This document shows positions 36,416 to 50,187 of a stretch of DNA of 64,000 nucleotides, in pieces; the first letter of the stretch is position 1, and every line of letters starts with the position of its first letter. The notes below the pieces were generated by a model that worked only from the letters and a program-made list of their open reading frames with translations, did not search any database and was not told where the DNA came from. This DNA is from Podarcis liolepis. Its lineage: Eukaryota. The position numbers and the translations under genes are program-made. The stretch lies in NCBI GenBank assembly GCA_965112155.1, contig OZ218104.1. One strand, 5' to 3'.

Positions 36416-39400
36416 ACAACTGAATGGATGCCTAGGGTATCTAGGGAGCGTCTGTTGCCAGCACTTGGGGATTGGGGAGGGGAGGGGCTGGAACTAATGC
36501 TTAGCTCATGCACTTCAGATGCTGTGCTTAGTTATGCGTTGGGGTGGGGGTGGGAGAGGCACTTCTAAGGCCAAATCCAGGAACAATGGGTTGCAAAGGC
36601 TGCCATTCTGACATTTGGGCTGCAATCAAAGGGCATCATCAGATGGAGAGCATAAGCGTTTGCTCTTTGCAGTTCTGTAGGATCCTGATTTCCAGCTTGC
36701 TGCCACTTGGCTCTAGGCTCCCAGCCCCTCTGTTGGCGGCATGAAAATAGCTCGCTTGTTTTTCTCGACTGAGAGGCCTCCGCACCAGAACACCAGAATA
36801 AGCTTGGCGGGGCGGATGAGATTTTTTCTGGCCTGCATTTCAAAGCGGGAAGCTTTGTCTGTGCGACTTTGTCTGCCGTTGCTCCCACTGTGGTTGGAAG
36901 ACAAGGTGCCCTAAAAAATGCTGTGCTGCTGGGAAGCCAGGAGGAAACTGAAGGGCACTTCAAGATGGCAACTAACACACACAGAGAGTTCAGCATTTGT
37001 GTGCTAATTCAGGGGAAGGTGGGTGCCATCACAATGCACAGGTAACTTTTTTTTTTGCTTGTGCACAATGACCGACAGGCAGATTTTTTGTGTGCATTTT
37101 AATATGCCAGTGTCTGCTATGTGGGACAAACCAGGGAAGATGGGGTAAGTGAACAACTACATCACGAACAAAGGGGGAATAAAGATCTTCATTGGAAACA
37201 AGTGGAAGACCAGCAGCAGCTCCTATTCACCAAGAGGCCACTATAGAGGCGGCATTAGGGGTGCTGCCGAGGAGAGAGCAGATCCAGCCTCCAAGGAGTG
37301 TGCTGCTGCGGTCACTGCCATCCAAGCAGCAGAAGTGGACAAAACATTCCTTGGTGGCCAAATCTGCTGCCCTATGCCTCCTGCCATCTGTGGCAGTTGC
37401 CTCACCTTGCCTCATGGGTGGCCAGCCCTGCACTATTCTAAAGGTTTCTATATTAGATGGAATAACTCTTGCATGCAGATCTGTTCTCCTTTCAAAGGGA
37501 GCAAATGGGCATTATAATTTTGCATCCAAAGCCTACCCTGGATGCTAGCAAATAGTGGCTTAACCATCCATCAAGCTTCTCTCCTCTTGGATCTTAAAAA
37601 AAGTGCCATGTGTGTATTCAGAAGTGGCTTTGTTCATCCTTCACTTTACCATCCCCACCATAACAAAAAATATGGGCAATAGGAACACAGAAATATTTTT
37701 ATACTAAGATCATTGGTCCATCTAGCTCCACATTTGTCTATAATGGGATGAGGAATCCCATCAGCCCCAGCCCCCACGGCCAATGGGAGTTGTAGTTCAG
37801 CCAGTGCAGAATGCACAGAGTGCAAGCTTCCTTCCCACCTCTCACCCCTTGTTAGCCCCCAAATAAAGCAGAGCTTCTAAAAAATGTTCAGCCATCAGCA
37901 AGTCCGCATGGGAAATATGATCCATAATCAAACAAGCGCTGCCACAAGTTTCTTGCCATGTTGCAGAAACACTACAAAGTGGTGCAGGTTATGGGGGTTT
38001 CCCCCTGTTTTTTCTTTTTAAAAAAGATAAATGGCTGGATAGGCAATAAACGCATAGCTAAGTCCCTGCAATCCACACACTCCCAAGCTGTTTATATGAT
38101 GAGGAACAAATCTGATTTGGATGACATTTTAATATGAATCCACCTAATCAGAAACAATATGCAAACTAAAAGATCTCTCTTAAAATACGTACACATTTCC
38201 TACACAAAAATGTGTGCAAAAATGCATATATTGGGGAAAGTTTGGAGTTTTTAATGCATGCATTCATTAAAATACCTAGAACGTGTTCTGTTGCAGGAAA
38301 ATGCTTGAAGAAATGCATATTAGACAAAATGGCATACAGAAAAATGTTTGGATTAGGAGAAATGTGCAGTAAAGTGCTGTCCTGCACCATCCCCTGAGCT
38401 AGCCCATTGATCTCAAGTGCGCTGGAGGCCGTGGCCTGGCTGTCAGTGTTGAAGGAAGATTCGGCTGCCTGTCTGGTCAGCTTTGTTCATGGAATTGGGG
38501 TGTGTGCTTGGAGGAATGAGAGGCCGATGCCCCAGTTTAAATAGGATGCCAGGCACACAAAAAACTGCATGGGTAGGTTTGACCACATTTCATACAGTTG
38601 GGGGTAATCAAGAAGGAAGTGATCTGGAGCGGGACAACCCCAAAAAAGCCAAAATAGAGTGATGGAAGGAGAAGAAAGGGAAAGCCCCCTGCAAATGATC
38701 AATTCAGATCTCTTGAAATAGTGATCTGTCCCTTTACCATCAGCCTGTCTGGGATGGGCAGGTGGGCAAAAAAGGTAGCAGGAAGAGAGACAAAGGGGGT
38801 GGCACAGAAAGAGAAAATGGGGTAGCCACACCTACTTTGGGGTCATGCAGGAAAAAGGATCCCTCCTAGCATAGGACACCTCTTTTTTTGGGAAGGGGAT
38901 ACCTGATTCAATTCCACAATTTTTCCTGGAATACTCAGGGCTGGCCTGCCATTCAACTGGGCAATTGGTGCTAGAATGAAGGCAGGAACTGGTGGTGTAG
39001 CAAGACCTTTCCTTTTCTTTCTGAAGCGCTGCAGCAGGGAGGGAAGAGTGCCATTTAGGCTCTGCTTCAGGAAGGCAAATGTCTTGGGCCAGCACTGAGC
39101 TTCCTCCCACGGTTTCCATCTCTGCATCTGCTGCCAGAACTCATCCTCGTCCCCCGCCCTTGCCCCTGCAGCTGGGCTCCAGGACCAAAAATAAGCCTGG
39201 CGAGGAGTTAACGTGCTGGGCAGGAAGGAGCGATAGGAGATAATCTGCAGGAGGGGGCAGACTCAGATCCTCTCACCAACAGGCTTTGTTTGCTCTTAAA
39301 ATCCAGCCACAACTCTCATGTTTTTACCGACTCCCTTTTCCTTCCTTCCTTTCTCTACCCTTCGGAAGAAAGCAAAAGGAGATGCCCCTTGGGTCACTGT

Positions 39401-40409
39401 GTGCTTATTTCATTGGCAATCAACTGTTTAGGACAGGGGTGGGGAGCCCTAAATGCCTCCCTATCAGTAAATAGCTAACTTCCCCACAAACAAATCAAGA
39501 AGGCTCAATAAACAATAAACTTCAACCTTGGCCTGATCACTCTTTTTCAAGGGAGCTGTCCCACATTCCTCTTGCTTCAGTTCTCCTTGTAAATATATCT
39601 TTATCTGTTGAAGAATCTCTTTGATACTCAGTTGGGAGATAAGGCTTAGTATAGTCCTAACCTGAGTAAGCAGGAGTTTCCAAAATGGTCTAGTAGGGAG
39701 TGCAAACTGGTTGCAGGCTGAAGTCAACTGGGAAATTACATGTTCTTCTCATGTAAGAACATAAGAGACATGCTGGATCCATCTGGTCCAGGATCCAGAG
39801 CTCACAGTGGCCAACCAGATGCACATGAGATACCCACAAGCATAACCTGAGCACAACAGCAAATGTCCCTACTTGTGATTTCCAGCGGCTGGCATTCAGC
39901 AGCATTCACTGTCTCTGTCAGTGAAGGTAGAATATTGTCATCAGGGTTAGTAGCCAATGATAGCCATGGTGCTGAGTGCTGATTTGTCCCCATGGTATTG
40001 ATAAAAATCGGCGAGAGGATATAGAACCTTAGCAGCCATTGCGGTGGTTGACATTACCAACACACACACACACACACACCCCACCAGTTCCTAGTCTTGT
40101 GCAAGTCACTTTTCTCCCTCTTGTCTTGGCAAGGGGCTACAGCTGAATGGTAGAGTACATGCCTGATGTGCAGAAGGCCATGGGTTCAATGCCTGTCATT
40201 TCCAAATAGGGTTGGAAAAGACTCTTGTCTGTGGTAGTCTTTGAGTTTCTCCAGATGATGTATTTATCAAATATTCACTCTGATTTGCTTAAACAAAGGT
40301 TACAGTCATTGTATATTGAGCATTCATTCTGATTTGTTTGTGGGGAAGTTATACACCATGAGCACTGATTGAATGATTTAAGTTATACCCTCCCTCCCTC
40401 CCTCCCTCC

Positions 40410-40600
40410 CTCCAAGGAGCCCAAGGTGGCATGCACGGTTCCCCCCCTCCCCATTTTATCCTCACAGCAACCTTGGGAAGTGGGTTAGGTTAGGAGACAG
40501 CCCGAGGTCACCCAGTGAGTTTCATGGCTGGTTGGCAGTTTGAACCCTGGTCTACCAGGTCCTAGTGCAACACTCTAACCACTACACCACACTGGCTCTC
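40410..40600 (-). mobile_element. MIR/CORE-like SINE (similar copy ~57125-57300)
   Basis: ccccattttatcctcacagcaacc...gaggtcacccag...tttgaaccctggtct...ctctaaccactacaccacactgg. Confidence 0.6.
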
Positions 40601-43600
40601 TTAGGCCATGTAAACCCCACACTTTTAAAGCACATTCCCACCCCACCCCTGCAATAATCCTGGGAACAGAAGTTTATCCTTCACAAACTATAATTCCCAG
40701 CACCACAGTTCCCAGAATTATTTGGGGCAGAGCAGGGGAATATGCTTTAAATGCATGGTGTATACACAACCTCAGTCAATGGAAATGTGTGAATGTGAGT
40801 GTGGGTGATAGGAGAATGATGGGGCTATGGCTTTGGGGGGTGGATGTGGGTGGGTGTAAGCATGTGTTTAGATTCTTATGAGAGCTGCACCCGCTAGCCC
40901 TAGCTGAAGAAACTTCCACTGTGGTTCCTCCTCTACAGACTCTCCTAACTGTCAACTCCATAAGATCGCTCCACCCAGTAGCTATTACTACAGTTTCCTT
41001 GAATAGAAGGATGCAGGCAACCTCTGCTGCCAACAAGCACGTTAAGTCTAGGTGGGATTCCTTCTTGTGCGTCCCTTAAGCTTGGATCCTCATTTCTCAA
41101 ATCCTCTGCTGCTTCCAGCATCGCACCCTGTGCTCAAAAGTGCACAGTTGGAGTTCAGGGTACAGCTGGATGTTTCCTGACTCAGCATTCCCAATGCAAA
41201 TAAAGCGGGTGGAGACGGAGGAGGGCAGCAAACTGAGAGTGACCCCCGTGAATGCATGCTTATTTTCTCTCAACTAAAGAAGTAGAAGTAAAAAGTAGAT
41301 TTGCATAATTTATCACTGTTTTGATTCAGGCAAACACAAAGTGTGAAACAGAGGCCTGTCTTGCAGACCAATCCTGTTTGTGCCAGAGCAGTGCGCTTCT
41401 GTCTCCAACAGTTATGTAGGCAGAGACCTGGCCCTTGGCCTACGTGGCATCTCTCTTGGGCATGAGCAAACAGCGCGGCATGCGCTCCTCTCCTGCTAGG
41501 CAGCCTCTCACTCTTGCTTGTGGGCGCATGAATCATTGTGGGAAAGTTGTCACCTAGCAGGAGCACCACCCGCCCTTTGCTGTCCTTCAGCATCAGGGGG
41601 AGAGAAAGAAGCTGAGGCAAAGCTTCCTCCTTCCTAGCCATTAACGCAGACTGCAGATCCTAGCAAGGCGACAGGTCTCCTAGCACCTGCAGGCCACAGC
41701 TTCCCTGGATGGGGGGGGGGGGGGACTTGATAGATCGCTGTGAGGGTAGCTGTTGTGTACCAACCAGCAAAAGGAAGAAGGAGGCAGCAGCATTGACTCT
41801 GGACTGCAGACAGGTTAAGAGAGACAGATGGGTGGGTGCAGGGGGGGGCGGTGGCGGGAGAATGCCAGTGCCATAAACACCGCCTGGCGTGAAAGTTCCA
41901 GGAATCGAAAGACAGCCCTGTCAGTGTCCTTACTCTAGGAGGGGATGCAGCAGCCTTGCGGGGGGGGGGTGGAGGTGGAGGGGGCCACAGAGGTGGGAGA
42001 GACAGGCAGGCAGGCTGGGAGAGCAGAGGAGGGAGGAGGAGGCGCAAGGCCGCCTCTACCTGTGGGTGGTGAGGAGAGGTTAGCAATATCCACAGGGTCA
42101 TGGGTATTGCTACTAAGTGCTTTTGGAAAGCTGGGGGGGGGGCTGGGGAGGGAGAAAGGAGGTTGCCATGGTGAAAAAAAACACATGATGCATACTGATG
42201 GACTGGTGGGGAAGGAGAAGGGGGGGTGAGAACTGCCACAGCAAATATGAGAGGCTTGAGAGCCATCTGTACAGTGAAAGAAGAAAGCTAGGAGGAATTG
42301 GGGGGGGTGGAGAGGGAGGAAACAGGGAGGGGAATGTGGCTTTTGCCGCAAAGCCTCTTTCCTTTGGGGATGGCATTTCTGAACAATCTCCTTTGCTGAA
42401 GCAATGCTCTCCCCAGCCTCTCTCTGCCAGGCTCACCCTCCTTCTATCCGTTGCTATTCCTCTTCCTCTCCCCCCCCCCCCTTCTCATGAGAAAGGAGAA
42501 GGACACAAAACAGGCATTTCCCTTTGCTGAGCTTCTCTGAGCGCAGGGAGGGAGAGAGAAAAACCCGACCCCAAAATGTTCCCCACCTCCCTTCTCCTGT
42601 GATCTTGGCCAACTCAAACAATGAGCCTGGAAAAAGATCAGAAAAAGCCAGCCACCTGCCAAACCAACTGTGACCTTGCAGGGTCTGATTTAAAGGATCC
42701 GTGCTCTTTATTTTCACAGCACCAACCAGGCTGACAGCTGGGGGCGGGGGAGAGAGAGAGAGAGAAGGCTACAGGCCCTCATATTTATAGGAGTAGCAAG
42801 CAAAAAAGGAGAAAGGGGTGAGCCCAAGTATGTTGCAGAAGCAAGCAAGATACTGGAGACTGAAAGATAAGAGACAGGAGAGAGGGTGCTTCTTCTTGCT
42901 GAATCAGAAATTCCAGGTCAAAAGTATCCGTCAACAGATAGCATTTCCATTTGATTCTCTCCAATTGGGAGAGATTAGGGCTGGCTCCAGGTTTGAAGGG
43001 GTCACCAGCTCAATGGGGGGCGGGGCTAGCAACCCTGCAGCTGGCAGCTGTGAACTGCCACCTTAAATTCCCCCCCGGGGATCCCCACTGGGTGGTGCTA
43101 TCTTGTGGGCATTGTGGGAAATTTAAAATGGCAGCTCACAGACCCAGCTGCTCAGCATGGAGAAGAGTGGGCAGGGCAGGGGTTTGCGTCCCACCAGGGT
43201 GCTGAGGGTGCAGCAGTTGCCGGCTCTGAATGCAGAACTAGTTTTAGCATTAGGTGCTAGCGCAGGCCAGCAATCAGAAAAAAATGGGCTCTGTGTTTGT
43301 GAGTGGTCTCTAACAGTATAGTGGGGGGACATTATATGTCCCCAAAATCCTAAACAAGGGCTGCTAAAGGGAGATGGTGGCAGAGGCGGTTTTCCTGCCT
43401 GCTTTATTAATGCACAAATGTCTTCCATCTCAACAGAGGTCACACCTGCACCACACATTTAAAGAAGCATCATGCCACTTTAAACAGCCATGGCTCCTCC
43501 CACCTCACCCCCCAAATCCTGGGGACTGTCATTTGTTAAGGGTAATGAAAGTTGTTAGGAGAGGAGACCCCTGTTCCCCTCACAGCACTACCATTCCTAA

Positions 43601-44846
43601 GGGAGAGGGATTGACCACTAAACCACTCTGGAGAGGGTAGCTCTGTGAGGGGACTAGGGGTCTCCTAACAACTCTCAGCATCTTTAACAAACTACAGTTC
43701 CCAGGATGCTTTGGGGAAAGCCATGACCATTAAAGTGATATAAGAGCACTTTAAATGGTGCATATGTGGCCAGGGTGCCCCTTGCACCTTCAGTAGTTGT
43801 GTAGCAGAGGGAACTTCAGCAGGCGCCGTTTGACATGAAAGTGAGGCCCCCTGAAATTCTGTCTTCTGCATCACTCATAAAGGGGCAAGAGCCCCGTCCC
43901 CTTTTGCACCTGCTCATTCTCAGCTGAGCACTTTAAAGAGGGTGGCCGCTTAGGCAGCACTGAAAAAGAGGGCGAAATAAAGCAATGAATTAGCAAATGC
44001 TAATGCCAATTTATATATCCAGATGCAATTTAGAAAAGATTGCTATAATTTATATCATCTCACCATAGTGGGAAAGACTGTGTGACCAGGTGCCCTTTGA
44101 GCCTGTTCAACATTCTGCTGCCCGGTTCTGTGGATGGGAACATGAAGGCATCTCCTGTCCTCCCTAATTCTTTACCTTAGAACAGGACTTGACCAGACGG
44201 TTCTTCAGAAGGCGCCTTTCAATAGAGAACTGTCCTTCGTAAAATAGAGAGCCCTCCAGACTGGCATTTCTTCTCCAGGTGAATCCTGCAACATGCAATT
44301 GACACAATAGTAGAGCATTAGTAGACAGTCAACACATCATTCCACTTTGCTAGTTGTTCTGCAATGCTTCCCCAGTGTTGTTGCATGATTGCTGTCTGGA
44401 CTAGCTCTCTTGTACTATAACACAACAATAACAGGAGATAAAGAGTAAACTGGGAGTAAACTGGGATATCTGTGGCATTAAAAAAAGGGGGGGGGGTTCA
44501 GCAAGAAGCTATGGGATGTGTCCCTATTGAAAGCAAAGCCAGGTTTCCACCCTGAAATCTTTGCAGACTCAAACAGTGTCATGAAAGTGGGATTGCATAT
44601 AACTACCCTGATACCATCATGAGAGCAAATAATCACAAATGAGCAATAAAAAGACCGCCTTTCCTGTGAAACACATTTTGTGCAGTTTCAGCCTGGAGGA
44701 GTTGAACGGGGAAGATCTACCTGTGGAGGGCGCCTATTGGCTAGTGCTTATGACAAATGTAACACATAGTAGTTTCACAACTACAAAAAACTTTTGTATT
44801 GAAGACTATTTTTTTTAAAAAAGAAAGTTTGATGGATTAACATATG

Positions 44847-45077
44847 CAGTGGTACCTCGGGTTACAGACGCTTCAGGTTACAGACTCCGCTAACCAAGAA
44901 ACAGGTTAAGAACTCAGATTAAGAACTTTGCTTCAGGATGAGAACAGAAATCGCGCAGCGGCGGTGCAGCGGCAGCGGGAGGCCCCATTAGCTAAAGTGG
45001 TACCTCAGGTTAAGAACTGTTTCAGGTTAAGAACGGACCTCGAGAACGAATTAAGTTCTTAACCCCAGGTACCACTG
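44847..45077. mobile_element. Tc1/mariner MITE, same family, opposite orientation
   Basis: Reverse complement of 4677-4918; TIR cagtggtacc. Confidence 0.88.
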
Positions 45078-46600
45078 TAAATGAGTAACCATACAGGTGG
45101 TATCCCTGAACCAGAGTAAGAGGGAGAGGGGCAAAACAGCCAGATGAATCAGCATTTGATTTCCAGGTATGTACATCTGTTGTGCCAATTGTGAAGCTAG
45201 GAGGAAGATAGTTCTGCAAAAAAAAATAAGTGGCTGCCTGATGAGACCTCTCTTTTTCTTATATCTGCCTTCCCCTAGACATTTCTAAATTAAATAGTAC
45301 TTCCTGCAAAATGTAATATAATCTTCATAAAAGTTAACAAAAATCAATGCTGAGGACCCATACCTTCACATTCATTGGTATGAGGAGCAGAAGCAGAGAG
45401 CCACTTTACTTCTTAACTCAGCTGCTAGGTAGAACTTTCCTTTCAAACTTCCCCTTTTATGCCTGTAAATGAAAGGGACTAGAAACTTGGCTTTTTTAAA
45501 ATAAAAAACCAGAGCTTCTGGGAATATCCCCATGACATCCCAGCTCCCACAAGCCCTCCCATGGCTATGGCGCTACTCTGGAGAGGTTCGGTTCGGTAAA
45601 TAAAGTTGCAAGCTCATGTTAGCACCTTGACTCTCTCAGTCAGTTCAATGCCCTCTTGGTTTTCAAAGGTAGCATGTATGGTTGAATCCTACCAACACTG
45701 ATTAATTTAGCATTTGCACATGGGACGGCAGACTGCTTCTTTGTCCCAAAAGACTACAGTCATTGTTTGGGAAGCTTTAACAGCATTTTCCTATTTAGTT
45801 GCTGTTGGTTTTTCTCTCTGAACATCTAAGCCCAGAGTTTTTTTCCATGAGTCAGGAAGCCTGCTTTCAGCATTTTAAACACCAATTGTTCCAAATGTTT
45901 ATTTGTGCCTCACCCTCCCCTGTACTTCCCCAGGACCTCAGGGCAGCTATAGGCATGCCTCACAACAACCTCGTGAGGTAGGTGAAGTTTTTCTCAAGGC
46001 CATCTACCTGAGCATGGATTTGAAGGTACTCTGCCTCACTATAGTTTTGGAATGTGTGATGCATTGAACCAAAGGCAGCCTGTTCAGATCAGGTCAGGTT
46101 CCATTTATTCCAAAAACAATACAGTGAGAAATTAATGGGTATGAATAAAATCCCTGTGCCATTCAGGGGATAGGGAGCTCACCTGTTCAGGTAGCAGCGG
46201 CCTCTCAGAGGCAGTCTCCTGGCCATTTTCTCCACCATTATGCCCCAGAATGACACAAGGTCTGAGGCCCTGTAGGTGAGTATAATAGTGGCTGCCAGGA
46301 GGACACAGACCACAGCAAAAATAACAATATAAATTAGTTCAAAAAACAAAACAAACTACCCAATGTAAGACAATGGAATTTCTATGACAGAACCAGATTG
46401 AACAGGAGTTTCACAAATGAATACTGAAAGAAAGGTGGTAATGACGAAAATGACTGGAGGAGCAAAACATGGGGGGGGGATTCTTGCACACACTGTTTTG
46501 TTTGTTTGTTTGTTTGAATCAAATTTCAAAGAATCATAGAATTGCAGAGTTTGAAGGGATTACAAGGGTCAACTAGTCCAACCCTCTGCAATGCAGGAAT

Positions 46601-46691
46601 TGTTGTTGTCTAGTCGTTTAGTTGTGTCCGACTCTTCGTGACCCCATGGACCAGGCACTTCTATCTTCCACTGCCTCCCGCAGTTTGGTCA
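46601..46691 (-). mobile_element. RTE/BovB-like LINE 3' end
   Basis: gttgttg...gtgtccgactcttcgtgaccccatggacca 3' signature; 11-bp TSD AATGCAGGAAT at 46590-600 and 46692-702. Confidence 0.75.
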
Positions 46692-46867
46692 AATGCAGGA
46701 ATACTTTGCCTTAAATTTATATGCCACTTTAATGTCCATCATTTGTGTTTGTGTTTGTGTGTGTGTGTGTATGTACATACAGCCATAAAATCACAATAAA
46801 AACAACCTATAAAACAACAACAGTATACCAGTCAGAGCAACTAAGCGGCGCCTACATCTAGGATTAG

Positions 46868-47134
46868 TGACATATGCTTGGAGCCGAGTGTGAATTTCAT
46901 GCTCTTTATTCAGCTCATAGTAGCAATGAATGAATCTTTCCCCAAAACGTCTAGCTATACATACATTATTTACACAATGGGCCCCGTGTGATTGGCTAAT
47001 TGCGGGCTGCTCCTGTAGGCCAATCAGGTTGCGGATTCACTTCCACCTGGAGCTGGATTGGGTGGCTCCTGCGGACCAATCATGCTGCTGCATTCTGGAT
47101 CCTATTGTTCTAGGATTCAGCTCAGCACATAACA
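46868..47134 (-). mobile_element. Solo LTR
   Basis: TG...CA ends with imperfect terminal IR (tgacatatgc / gcacataaca), 5-bp TSD ATTAG, four CCAAT boxes, minus-strand AATAAA near 46905. Confidence 0.75.
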
Positions 47135-47204
47135 ATTAGCTTAGCATTTGTGGTCACACTGTGGTAACCACAAGGTTAGACTACTGCAATGCGTTATAAC
47201 AGCA

Positions 47205-47690
47205 TGCATAAGAAGAGCCTATCAGGCCAATAGCCCATATAATCCAGCATCCTGTTGTCACAGCAACCAACCAGATACCTGCTAGCCGGACAGGAGAGCA
47301 TCAGCACTGCCCACCTTCAATTCCCAGCTACTGGTATTCAGAGGTATAATGAATCTGACAGTGGATGCAAAACACACCCGTTTTGGCTAGCAGCCGTTGG
47401 TAGCCTTAACCTCCAGGAACCTGTCTAAGCCTCTTTGAAAGCCATACCAGTTGGTGGCCATCACAGCCTCCCGTGGGGGAGCAAGTTCCATAGTTTAACT
47501 ACGCACTGCATGGAGCACTTTCTTTCATCTGTCCTGAATCTCCCAACATTCAGCTTCATTGGATGTTCACAAGTGCCAGTGTTATGAAAGGGGGGTGCGC
47601 ATTTCTCTATCTACTTTCTTCACGCCAGGGATCATCTTATACATTTCTGTCCTGTCACCTCTTCTTCGCCTTTTCTCTAAACTAGAAAAG
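47205..47690 (-). mobile_element. CR1 3' fragment inserted in an L2 fragment (~47150-48090)
   Basis: FSSLEKRRRRGDRTEMYKMI CR1-like motif; flanking L2 motif ggttagactactgcaatgcg (RLDYCNA). Confidence 0.75.
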
Positions 47691-48799
47691 AGGCTGCCTT
47701 TGAAGATAGTTTGGAGAGGGCAGAATTCAGAGGACAGGTTGTTGACTGAACCAGACAGTCTGAACATCTTACACTAATTTTGGTCCGACTGCATTAGCTG
47801 CCAGCTAGTTCCTGGGACTCAATTCAAAGTGCTGGTTTTTACCTATAAAGCCTTATAGGACATTGATACCTCAGGGACTGTCGCTCCCCATATGAACCAA
47901 CCTGCACCCTGCCTTCATCATCAGAGGCCCTTCTCCATCTGCCCCCACCCAGGGAGGGACAAAGGGCAGCAACAACAGGCCACTCTGCATTTGTGGTCAC
48001 TCTGCATTTGTGGAAACATGTCTGGTGCCTTCAATGTCAGCTTTCAGGAGATAGGTCAAGACCTTCCTGTTTATCCAGGCTTTGGGGAGAGTAATTAGGA
48101 TCAAACTGCAGGATGATTTCCAGCCTGTTTGTGGTGTTCATCTTTTAGTTGGGTGGGGTAGGGCAGGCTTTGTTCTTTTTTTCCAGTATTGCTGAAAAAT
48201 ACAACCTGTGTTTTATTGGGATTTTTTTAAACAAACAAACCCAATGTATTTGTTTTTAAATGTTGGTAAGCCTTATGCATTTTATGGATCTCTAAGTCTC
48301 TCTCTGCCATCTTTTTTTTTTGTGTGTGTGTGGAAAGTGATGAACAAGTAAATAAATAATGGTGGCCAGGGAAACACCTGGGTGAACAGGTATGCATTTA
48401 GTGGGCAGAAACTACCTCACCTCAGTGGGAAAGTCATTCCGCATGGTAGGTGCCACCACAAAAAAGGCCCTTCTCACCACCACCACCAGATGAACATCTC
48501 TTGGCTGTGGCATGGTTAAATATAGTTGTCAACGTTTCCCTTTTTTAAAGGGAAATTCCCTTATTCTGAATAGGATTCCTCGCAAGAAAATGGAAAAATT
48601 GACAGCTATGTGGTTAAAAGATCAACACCCTCAGGCCACGGAGACTGGGATCAACTATACAAGAGTAGGCACTCTCAGATAGATTGGTCCTGAGATGTTT
48701 AGGGCCTCAAAAACCAAAATTAACACCTTGAACTTGGCTCAGTAACTATCTAGCAGCTTCTAAATTCATTATGAAATGGTGTAAAATAACTAGTAAAAT

Positions 48800-49123
48800 G
48801 TAAAGGGACCCCTGACTATTAGGTCCAGTCGTGGCCGACTCTGGGGTTGCGGCGCTCATCTCGCTTTATTGGCCGAGGGAGCCGGCGTTCAGCTTCCGGG
48901 TCATGTGGCCAGCATGACTAAGCCGCTTCTGGCGAACCAGAGCAGCGCACAGAAACGCTGTTTACCCTCCTGCCGGAGCGGTACCTATTTATCTACTTGC
49001 ACTTTGACATGCTTTCAAACTGCTAGGTTGGCAGGAGCAGGGACCAAGCAACGGGAGCTCACCCCGTTGCGGGAATTCAAACCGCCAACCTTCTGATCGG
49101 CAAGCCCTAGGCTCTGTGGTTTA
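48800..49123 (-). mobile_element. Sauria SINE, slightly 5'-truncated
   Basis: taaagggacccctgac...ggtcatgtggccagcatgact...ctaggctctgtggttta; highly similar to 58283-58637. Confidence 0.85.
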
Positions 49124-50011
49124 GGTGAATACAAATATAATTCATAACACTAAGAATTGTCAAACAACTTAATAAAAGCAATCTAAGCGGAAATCCCTAT
49201 GCAAAACATGCTTTGCAATACAGGTGTGTTAGGCACAGGGTAGAGCAGGGGTCACAAACACGGTGCCCGTAGATGCCCTTGTGCCCACCAATGCCCCCTA
49301 TGATACCAGGCAGTTTCCTATGTATCAGAGGCAGCTCTCAACTCTCTGGCACCTCTCCCTGGTGAAATGCCATCTCTGACATTTCTGAAATCCTGTCAGT
49401 GTGCCACACCAGCAAGCGTTTCCCTGTTCAGCCCCTCCTGTCAGTCTCTTGAAGTTTCCGTGTATGTCACCAAATGAAACACAGGTACAAACCAAGGGCA
49501 GCTCACGCACCAGATGGTGAAATGCAGCCCTCAATGTGTGATGCGAGGAAGGGAAACCGGAGCCGTGGTATTCGGTGAGAGAAATGTCCATAGCTATGAG
49601 GCGCTACAGCAATCAGCACTCTCCTTTTCAGATCCTGCACAATCTCGGAAGGCCTAGGAAGCGAAGCTGCGGCCTGTGGTGCCCTCTGCGCAGGCCGCAG
49701 CCTCTTCCCCCTCTTCCTTCGAGAAGTGAGAGCGTGCAAATCCTGCCTCGCTTAATTGGCCTCCTCGGCGGCGTGGTGGAGGCCATCTCCCCGGTTGGTG
49801 ACCTTGCTCCTGCACAAGGCGCTGTGAAGAGCCTGGCACTGCTGAGGCTGGAGGGGAGGAAGAGCCCAGGCCCCGTTGCCTGGCAACCACACAGCTGTCT
49901 GTTGACCTAAAAGGAGCTGCTCACTCTTGACACAGCTGGTGTTTACATGGAGCCAAATCTTTCTCCTTCGTGTTTGCATGGAACGAAAGCAAGGCACACA
50001 GACACAAGCGC

Positions 50012-50013
<2 letters not shown>

Positions 50014-50054
<41 letters not shown>

Positions 50055-50187
50055 GTAGACAAAAAGGAGAGAGAAAGAATGTGGAAAACAGAGAGAACAG
50101 ACTTCCCCCGCCCGCACTGCCCTTCATTGCTAGCTGGAAGAGAAGATGGGGGGGGGGAGAATGTGTGTGTGTGTGTGTGTGTGTGTG
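50014..50187. repeat. (CA)n at 50014-50051 and (TG)n at 50162-50187
   Basis: Direct reading; the two tracts are mutually complementary. Confidence 0.9.

Noticed and set aside
41634-42351. Pro-rich 210-aa and 138-aa minus-strand ORFs
   Set aside because: Products of G/C homopolymer tracts; low complexity with no domain or splice support.
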